From Podarcis erhardii (lineage: Eukaryota): a DNA stretch of 64,000 bases. The position numbers and the translations under genes are program-made. Positions 13,200-22,000 of this stretch are shown here, in pieces. The stretch lies in the NCBI GenBank assembly GCA_964252035.1, contig OZ176202.1; one strand, written 5' to 3'. The notes under the pieces were generated by a model, which did no database searches, was not told where the DNA came from, and was given only the letters and a program-made list of their open reading frames with translations. Within the stretch, counting starts at the first letter, position 1, and each line of letters begins with the position of its first letter.

Positions 13200-14520
13200 G
13201 CACGATCCACTGATTACTCTGCACACCTTTTCGCCTTTCTCAACAAAAGGTCTGGTGCTCAACTAGGAGCCGCAGCCAGTTACGAGCAGCTGTCTGGCAG
13301 GGCACGTGCATGCCGACATGCGTGTTCGAGGCATCCATTTAGGGCCCTCGGCGCGGCTAGTATGCCGGGAGGCTGCCAAGGACTCTCCTTCCCCCTAGCT
13401 ACACCTCGTCGCCCTTCAACTGACTGGTCGGGGTGGCGAAAGATGGAGGCAAGTTAAAACGTTATCAGGCGCCGCTCGTCGCGCGGAAAAGACTAAACAG
13501 AAAGCGACGCCCCCCTCGAGGGGCGAGGCGGGCCGCTGCCTTTGGCCCCGCCCAGCCGGCCTCGTTCCGGCCTACCTGCTTCCTCCCCCCCCCCCCGCCC
13601 CATGGGGGAAAGAGGCGGGAGGGAACGGAGAGAGATGACGGGCCCTGGTCCAAACAAGGGAGGCTGCGCGCAGTGTGGGTGTGAGGGAGATGGGAGCCGC
13701 CTCTAGCCCCCCTCCCCCTCCGTTCCTCCCGCCCTTATGAGGCAGACCAAGCCCCTCCCCCGCCTTCAGTTAGAAAAAGGGAGGGGGGTTGCGAAGGGAA
13801 GAACTCGAGGGATTTTTTTTCAAAAAATAACGGCGACTGGAAGCGGGGGGGGGGAGGGAGAGTTGCCGAGCGCGCTAACAAGGCTTCTCGCGCCGGAGGG
13901 CCAAAAGCTGGCGGGGCGGGGGGGGGGGGAGCGGCACCCATGGCGTCCGAGGAAGAACCCGAGCAGGCAGAAGACCTCTCTGGCTCCAGCCCTCCTCGGG
14001 CCGTTCGAAGTCCTGCGTTGGCTATGGCTCACCCTTCTCTGAGCGACAGCTCCGTTCGGCTCTCTACCGCTCGGCGGCCATTTCCAGTCACGGCGAAGGA
14101 AAAGAAATGGGGGGCGGCGGGGGAGAGAGACAGAGAGGAAGGAAGAACCATAGAGAGAGAAAACCACTTTCTGCGACGTTAGAATAGCACGATGGCATCA
14201 CTTCCGCTCGGAGAAAGGGCGGAGAGGAAATATGACCTCTTTACCTTGGCGTCCCCGGCTACCCGTATGAAAGATGGCGGTTAAGAAGCGGCCGAGGCGG
14301 CGTGAGTGACGCTAGCTCCCCTGGCAGGAAGTCTTCGGCGTCACGTGATCTTTCCTTGCGTTGGAAGGACGCAGGGAGAGGGAAAAGCCTATGCTGCTGA
14401 GGCGCATGCGCCTGTCGCGCTTTTTTTTTCCTTGTTAGTTATCGTCTGCGCAACAAATCACGGGTAAAAAAAAGGGTTGATTGCTCGAGTCTTCAGAGTT
14501 TTGCTATAGCTGCGGGATTA
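13200..14520. promoter_or_regulatory. CpG island / housekeeping promoter of BCLAF1, possibly bidirectional
   Basis: Abrupt GC- and CpG-rich zone in an AT-rich background. Motifs: ETS ACTTCCG (14200-14206), YY1 AAGATGGCGG (14271-14280, +), E-box GTCACGTGAT (14340-14349), NRF1 GCGCATGCGC (14402-14411). Confidence 0.85.
14033..14200 (-). other. BCLAF1: BCLAF1 non-coding exon 1 (TSS approximate)
   Basis: Consensus donor AGAAGG|gtgagc at 14032 inside the CpG island; YY1-type AAATGGCCGCC on the minus strand (14083-14073). Confidence 0.65.
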
Positions 14521-14852
14521 CGCCACAGTTTTGGGGAAAACATAAGGGCAGATAATTTCGGGTTCTCATTTTGTTGCTCATTTAGGAAAATGTTCGTGCA
14601 TAGGGTTAGCATGGAAATTGTGTAACTGCCTTAAAACCAGCCATTGAGCTGCGTTCCTTGGTCCAAATCCAGGATACTGTACAGCCTCCTACTTTGCACC
14701 TCTCTTTTTAGCTTATTGTGCCCTTTCTTGGGAAAAGTATAGAACGGCATTTTTCAGTCTTTTGAGTCCGCTGCTGCAAAAAGAATGAATAGTTCTGTGG
14801 CATCTTAAAACAAATTCATGCCACAATTAATTTGTTACCCTGTAAGGTGCCA

Positions 14853-15084
14853 ACCTAGCAGTTCGAAAGCACGTCAAAGTGCAAGTAGATAAATAGGTGC
14901 CACTCTGGTGGGAAGGTAAACAGCGTTTCCGTGCGCTGCTCTGGTTCTCCAGAAGCGGCTTAGTCATGCTGGCCACATGACCCGGAAGCTGGATGCCGGC
15001 TCCCTCAGCCAATAAAGCGAGATGAGCACCGCAACCCGAGAGTCGGCCACGACTGGACCTAATGGTCAGGGATCCCTTTACCTT
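14853..15084 (+). mobile_element. Sauria SINE, 5'-truncated, with 10-bp TSD TAAGGTGCCA
   Basis: Diagnostic gtgcaagtagataaataggt...catgctggccacatgacc...cctttaccttt tail; TSD at 14843-14852 and 15085-15094. Confidence 0.85.
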
Positions 15085-15855
15085 TAAGGTGCCACAAGAC
15101 TCTTCTTATTGTTTTAGAACAGCGTTGTAGCATCAGAACATCCATTTAATGTAGGTTGGACTGAGAGACAGCAACTTGTTCATTGCCATCCAGTGAGCTT
15201 CTGTACCTTTGGGGCTAACACTGAGCACATTTCCCAGCCATCATCAGTTCCATCCCCATCAATCCCAACCATCATTACTTAGCATTTCAATTTCATAGAA
15301 CCCATGTTTTAAAACTGGCTAACTGACCCTATCCATTTCCTGGGGAAATGATCCACTGTCATTAAAACCTAGACTTCTCCATCCATCAAAATGAAAGATG
15401 CTCCCAACCTCTCAATTCCTTCCCCACTCAAGGTTATGGTGTTTGCCTAGCTGGCATAGTTTTGCCATATATGAGCACTTAAGTCCACAAAGTGACTTGG
15501 GACTTGAGAGTATCCCTGTTTCAACATGAGACACCTTATTAACAGCACAATCTGACCTGGGCATGTACAAACTGTCCAAATCCCTCATTTCACATTGTCA
15601 TTTGGGCTTCACAGAGAGCCAAAGCACACCTCTTGTAAATACCTTATAAGCAACAATTTACGAAAGAAATAAAGCAGCTTCTGTCATCTATCGCTTGTAC
15701 ATTGTGGGTCTTTACAAAATTGAATAGGTAGGGAAAGAAGCCGTATTGTATACTTTGTGACTCTAAGGACAGAACATATCAATAGGTGGCACTCTTCACT
15801 CATGCTGCTATTGTTATATATCACTTAGTAATAGTATAAGTATAAGCAATTTAGG

Positions 15856-15943
15856 TATAGTATAGTATAGTATAGTATAGTATAGTATAGTATAGTATAG
15901 TATAGTATAGTATAGTATAGTATAGTATAGTATAGTATAGTAT
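15856..15943. repeat. (TATAG)n pentanucleotide microsatellite
   Basis: Directly visible, about 17 units. Confidence 0.98.
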
Positions 15944-16104
15944 GTGTTTTTTCTGGGGGGACGCATGGGTCCCCTAAACATTTTTTGAACCTTTGTGCTT
16001 TTGTCCATTTACTGTATTTATTTTTCCCATTTTGAACTATAAAATGGTGATTTTCTTGAGTCAAAATGATAGTATTTCTAAACATTGTTTTAGAAAAAAG
16101 CACT
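15944..16104. mobile_element. Short MITE ending in AAAAAAGCACTG; same family as 24990-25140
   Basis: Both copies start with ttttctgggggg, share cccctaaacatttt and end in aaaaaagcactg. Confidence 0.6.
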
Positions 16105-16899
16105 GAGTATAGTATTATTATTATTATTTACTAATACTAATAGTATAAGTTATAAAACAAATGCATAGAATAAAAATGGAAGTAGAGGGAATATACAGCT
16201 GGGATTAGGAATGGGAGACTGACAGCTGGGGCAGGATAGTTGACACTAGGCAGAACCAGGGCTCACAATGTCCCCACTCTTTGTACTGGTTCCATTCCTG
16301 TGATCCAGCAGATTAACAAGCAATAATTTATTAGGTCAAGTTATTCAGGGCACAGCTATACCCGTATGTATACTTAGAAGTACCGGTAAGTCCCACTGTG
16401 ATCCAGCGGACTTACTCCTGAATGTATCAGATGACCATCTTCATTGGCTTATATTTTGCATGTCAAGGTAGTGCTGACCTTAAAGGAATAAAATAAAGTT
16501 GGCTATTCTGCTACCACTGTGTTTTCCAGAAAAGTGCTTCAGATCATACATTTCCAGGGGAGAAATAAGTGAAAGCAAGTAAAATAAAGTGATAAATAGA
16601 GGCAATCTTTCAGATACTTTGGTCCCAAACAATGAACAGCTTTAAAGGTCATCAGCTCTTTGCATTGGGCTCTGAATTTGAGAGGGTGGATATGATTAAG
16701 TGAGAGAATGAGAGGAGGGGGTGGAGATGGAGGGTGCTTTTTATCATTGTTCTATTTCCTGCAAATGTTACCAGCCCTAATTTAAGCTTTTGATGTGTAT
16801 ACAGCCCTGAGCATCTCATTGTCTAAATGCTTGGCAGACTGCCTTTCCCAACCCAAGTTTTCGACGAAGCGCATCCCTGCTTGCTATGCTGGCGATAGG

Positions 16900-17040
16900 T
16901 GTTGCCCATATGCAGAGCAGGACCTTCTCTGCGACAGCACCACAATTGTGGAAATACCTCCCATTGTTGAAATGACTGCCCCCTTCAGTATTGTCAATTT
17001 GTTGCCATTTGAAGGGCATTTATGCATTCAAGCCTTTGGA
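16900..17040 (+). mobile_element. L2 LINE 3' fragment (degenerate)
   Basis: gcaggaccttctc...tgtggaaatacctccc...gaagggcatttatgcattcaagcctttg resembles the L2 ORF2 C-terminus and the reverse complement of 27990-28240. Confidence 0.5.
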
Positions 17041-17068
17041 ATAAATTGAATATTTGCACCATGTGGTA

Positions 17069-17431
17069 CCGTATTTTTCGCCCTATATGATGCACTTTTC
17101 CCCCTGCAAAAATGAAGGGGAAATGTGTGTGCGTCCTATGGGGCAAATGCAGGCTTTCACTGAAGCCTGGAGAGCGAGAGGGGTCGGTGCACACGACCTC
17201 TCTCGCTCTCCAGGCTTCGCGCAGCTGTCTGCAAGGCGCAGGAGCCCGGCGCTGGGCTCCCACGGCTTGCAGAGAGTTGCCTGTTCTGGGGGCTGGGGTC
17301 GGGGAAAGCTTGGGCTTCCCCCGCCCCAGCCCCACGCCGGGGGGGGGGGATAATTTTTTTCCCTTTGTTTCCCCCCAAAAAACCTAGGTGTGCCTTATGG
17401 GACGGCGCATCCTATAGGGCGAAAAATGCGG
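17069..17431. mobile_element. Tc1/mariner-superfamily MITE, TA TSD
   Basis: TIR CCGTATTTTTCGCCCTATA ... TATAGGGCGAAAAATGCGG flanked by TA on both sides. Confidence 0.85.
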
Positions 17432-17472
17432 TATTTATATTTATTTTATGTAGGATTTCATGTACTGATTGT

Positions 17473-17620
17473 GATAGCTCAGTTGGTAGAGCATGAGACT
17501 CTTAATCTCAGGGCTGTGAGTTTGAGTCCAATGTTGGGCAAAAGGTTCCTGCATTGCAGGGGGTTGGGCTAGATGATCCTTGTAGTTCCTTCCAACTCTA
17601 CAATTCTAATATTCTATGAT
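17473..17620 (+). mobile_element. tRNA-Lys(CTT)-derived SINE with CR1-like 3' tail
   Basis: Head tagctcagttggtagagcatgagactcttaatctcagg; tail gcagggggttgggctagatgatcc...ttccaactctacaattct. Second copy at 57146-57277(-). Confidence 0.8.
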
Positions 17621-17716
17621 TGGAGGCAGTGGCCAGGAAGTGAGGATGAAATTTGGCTTACTAGAAGTCAGGACAGACTAAGATAAGAAAAGAGGTGGTA
17701 AAGAAACAGCTAAGCT

Positions 17717-18120
17717 CCTTTAAATGAATTCAAATCTCCAGGGCCTGATGAGCTGCATCCAAGGCTACTAAAGGAGCTTGTGGGTGTAATCTCAAAGCCT
17801 CTGTCTATAATCTTTGAGAATTCTTGGAGAACAGGTTAGGTTTAGGTCCCTGCAGACTGGAGGCGGGCAAATGTTTCCTCCCCCCCCCCCCGGTAACTAC
17901 AAACTGGTCAACTTGATGTAGGTAGTAGGAAAATGATGCTGTGATTACTTAAGACCCATTGTTTCCCCATCATCCTGGAAAAAAGTAGCAAGTGTGGTGC
18001 TGCAGGGTTTTGCCCCTAGGAGTTGGCTCCTGTGGTGTCCTTATAAGCAACTTGGATGAAGGAATTGAGGGGATGCTCATCAAATTTGCAGATGACATCA
18101 GAGTGGGAGGGATAGCAAAC
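17717..18120 (+). mobile_element. CR1 LINE reverse-transcriptase relic with large internal deletions
   Basis: Translates in pieces to LNEFKSPGPDELHPRLLKEL...VPADWRRANV...LDEGIEGMLIKFADD (CR1-type RT motifs). Confidence 0.85.
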
Positions 18121-18787
18121 TAAATATTAATGATTGTGGTTGCATTTGTGTATTCTTCTGCGTTTGCCTACGTGAACTATCCAAAGCCATTATGGCCGGC
18201 CGGCCAACCAGACAGTACTATTGTTTCTGTCTGGTAGAAACTGGAATTTCTTGTTAGTTTATTATTATTTTTTGTCTTTTCTGATTGGCAGCTCAGTTGT
18301 AGAGGTGGAGCCCAGCAGGTGTGCTGCCCTCACCCATGATGTCACTCCACAATATGCAAGCATTCTTTTGTTTGTTATCCCAGAGGCTGGTGCTGCTAGC
18401 CTTCCAAAACAGTTGACCTTATTCTTGGCATACAAAACATGATTTCTCTGCTACAGAACAGAGGTGGATTCTGAATGTACTGTTTTCGTTTGACCGCCTA
18501 ATTTTTCTCCTTCCTAAGATAGAGGAAAGGTGATCACCACCGGCTGCAGCCTAAAGTTTTAAAAGTATTTCTTATGCTTCGCAAGAGAGAACAGCGGTTA
18601 GATTTTGCTCAGCCATGCTGCTTGGACACAGAAAGCAGCAGTAGCTTTCCCTCCCAACTTGTCTAGATAATTATTTTTTGAGTTATCTAGATCGCAATCT
18701 GCCAGCACAAGGGAACACAGGAGCAACAGTGGCAGTACAAACTCTCAGTCTGCATTTCTGATTTTCTGTTGGATCCAAAAGTTAATC

Positions 18788-19013
18788 ATGGGTCAGCTGT
18801 GTACAAAGTGTGTCCAGTTGCTTTGTGACTTGGCTCTCTCAGTAAAAACACTGTCTTCGGGTCTGGTGCAGGATATTCAGGAGTGCTTGGGTCAGATCCA
18901 TGAGTGCCCCTGTCTGAAACGGAAAAACTTCAAAACAAAGCAGCTATACAAGCCTGCCCTTCAGACCCAGGAAGAGGAGATTGCTCAGGAGTTTCTGCAG
19001 CACATTGAAAGAG
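18788..19013 (+). CDS. Vac8-like exon 1 (MGQLCTKCVQLLCDL...EEEIAQEFLQHIER)
   Basis: Kozak atcATGG; donor G|gtgaga; 226 nt; phase 1. First-exon assignment rests on phase match, Kozak context and similarity to the Vac8 H1 helix. Confidence 0.8.
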
Positions 19014-22000
19014 GTGAGAAGTTTCTGTTATGAAGGTGGGGCAGCCAAAGTTGGAGAGATGTTTACTTGAGCTCGGTTGCTTTGTTTAAGATCATGCAGT
19101 TCAGTGATCGTATAAAGTGAATGACACAGAGCTGTTTATGCTTCTGCTCTTCTAAGCAATAAAGGGAGAATGGGGGAACCAGTATTTCACCAGCACCAAA
19201 TATTCAGACAAAGCAGTGGATCCCAGTTCCAGGCCGATTGATTAAATTACTCTCATTCAGCATTTGAAATCCCAGTTCTACAAAAGGCATCATAGCAAGG
19301 GGTAGACCTGTTAGCCTCTTGCATAAAAGCAACAAGAAATATTGTGGCATCTTAAAAGACTAACAAACACATACCGTACTTTTGCTACAAGCACGAGCAC
19401 TTTCCTAAGTCAACATTGAAATACTCTCTGTAAAAACCTATTAGGTATTAGAGGATTGGCGTTGAATTTATTATTTGAAAACAGAAAGACATCTTCTTCC
19501 AACTCTTAAGTGCTCCCATCTTTTGTTTTCATCCTTGATAATCAAGGAAATAGCATGGCTAAGCTGGTTTGCTAAATACAGTAACAGAAATCTAAGTTTG
19601 GAATGTCCCAACTACTCTCACAAACTGGCATATATAACAACTTTTTTCTCACATGAGGTTTGGACTGCAAAAATTCAGCTCCATCTAGTATGCTAATTTT
19701 AAAGGAGAGAATATTTCTACATGGAAGTTTGTCTCTGTCGTGTTTTATCTGTTGCTTTAAATTCTGTGCATTTGGACTCTTCAGGTATTTAACTTCTTCT
19801 GACACAATTCAGACTCTGTTATTATCACATCTTTCTTAAGGTTTTGAAATGTCACCACTTGGCAAGGTTTCCCTAGAGGCTCTGAGGACCTTGGCGTTTT
19901 CAGAGAACCCCAGCTTGCAAAAGTCTGCTGCTCTCTATTACTTGAACATAAATCATCAAAACTGTAAGATCCATTCCATACTCTCTTTTTTAAAAAAATG
20001 TAGAAACCTGGAGAAGCAAAACAATTTCTCCCAAACGTAGCTGAGTTGTGCCCAAGGCAGTCTTACTGGTTCCCTAGCATGTGTGAATTGGGTCTAGCCC
20101 CTTCTAATGCAAGTTCTGTGGATATTTACTTGGAGCCCAGATAATGTGGCACAACTTTTGCAGTTACTAGTCTCCCATTTTATTATTTTATAGAGGTGGG
20201 CTGGCTTTTTACTCATATGAGAGGTTGGCAGAAGAGGGGCTAGTAAAAATAAGTAATACAGGTTTAGTTTTCACGTGAGTTTGCACAGACAGCTGAAAGG
20301 AGGGCTAGAAGGTATTTTGAAAGGCAAAGTAGGTCATCTAGGTGTTGCTCCAAAAGCATCAAGTGTTTGAAGATGTAAGGGACAAGTGTTCCAGAAGAGC
20401 TTTTTGCAATCAGCATTTCATCTCATCCTTGCAGTGAACATCCAGCTGCCTCGAGAGCATCTGGAAATATACTATGCTTTGTTGAAGTCTAATGACTTGG
20501 AGGTTCAGCAGATTTCATCATCGTCCCTTGTGAATTTCTTACTGGAAGGAAGTGGTGAGTAAATGCCCAAGATACCATATCCTGAAGTCTCCATCAGCAT
20601 CAGCTATGATCTTAGGAACTACCACTGTTCAGTTGCCCTGGTATTTTATTTGAAGGGCAGGATATAAATTCCTATACTAAAAAGTGATAATCAGTAGGAT
20701 GGATGTTTGCCCTGATAAAATGTGGGGTTTTTTTTGGGGGGGGGGAGCATTCATTCAGAGGATGGGTTTTGCTTACTTCTCGTACCAAAGGGGTGAGAAA
20801 TCATTTATTCCGGTGTAAGATGCACCAGTGATATTGTGCGCTGATTGCAATCCTTTTCTCTCTCCAGTATATAGCTGAATTAAAGGCACTGTAAACATAA
20901 CATTTACTCCTGCTTTTACTGACAAACAGTAACCAAGGATCATGTCGTCCAAATGGATCTAATTGAGCCAATTCTGGAACTGCTTGAGTCTGAAGATGCC
21001 ACAGTCCAGTGTAATTCCTGTGCATGCATAATGACACTAGCTGTCACAGGTGAGGAGCGTGTCCAAAGCATAGCGCAATAATCAGGTCCAGGGACAATGT
21101 CACACCCACACCTTGTGATTGAGAGGTAATGATGTGCCTTATCGTTATAGAAATTCTGAATCAAGAAGAGCTGAATTCTGCGAGCAGAGTGGATTATTCA
21201 CATTGGTATGCTATAACTAGACGTGGTCAGTGTAGTGGGGCTGAGCTTGTGGAGGCACACTTCTGACACCAGTTTGACTGCAGCTTACCTGGATGGCTCT
21301 GGGTGGTGACACGCTTGGTGCTTCACAGACACACAAGTGGAGCCAATGCAGTCCTCCAGGATTGCCTAAGAACTGCCTAGTCACTGGCCCCATACTGTGC
21401 AATAAATATAAAGTTGGCCTTGGAGTCCTGGGTTCAGATATTAATAAATGATGAAGTGTACTTTCTAAAGTCAGGTTTTGCTTCAAGGTGACCCATAGCA
21501 ATAAGCTTCTTCACAAAAACCTGATGGTAAACTCTTAACATTATTCATTCTGCCACTAGGCACCCAGGACCCCCAACTCATATGCTGCAACTGTTTTCGT
21601 GCTGTCCACTCTCTGTTCTTTAAAGTGTGCCTGGAGGAACATGGATACTTCTTCCTCCAAAGAAACCTCATTGATTTCTATTTTGCCCTGTTGTTTTGCC
21701 AGATGTCAGCCATGAAGCCATCGCAGCAGGAGGAGGAGTGGTACCCTTACTGGCCCTTTCTAAATCCTATGATCCAAGAGTCCAACAAAATGCAGCTGGA
21801 GCAATTTTTAACCTCACGCAATCAGGTATTAGGCTGCAGGAGATTTATTTCAATGGGCCAAGTGCATTGACACAGAAATTTGTGGCAAGGGAAACTTATC
21901 GTCAAAGCTATTGTTTTCTTTAAAATGAAATGTTTTACTTCAAGTACAATGCTAAATCATGTCTACTCAGCGGGAAAGCCAATTGATTCCAATTGGGCTT

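Noticed and set aside
13580-13935. G-quadruplex-forming G/C runs in BCLAF1 intron 1
   Set aside because: Present but expected in any CpG island, and homopolymer lengths are assembly-sensitive; no specific evidence of function.
13143-14182. Cluster of 60-115 aa ORFs in the CpG island
   Set aside because: GC-rich, stop-poor sequence; no recognisable domain; overlapping frames on both strands.
15814-16103. ORFs with (YYTIL)n repeats
   Set aside because: Translation of the (TATAG)n microsatellite.
17473-17545. Functional tRNA-Lys gene (also 57205-57277 and the Ile-like head at 38449)
   Set aside because: Acceptor stem and T-arm are degenerate, and each head is fused to a shared LINE-like tail; these are SINE heads.
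18788-19033. 81-aa stand-alone ORF
   Set aside because: A consensus donor at 19014 links it in phase to the ARM exons; it is exon 1 read through into the intron.
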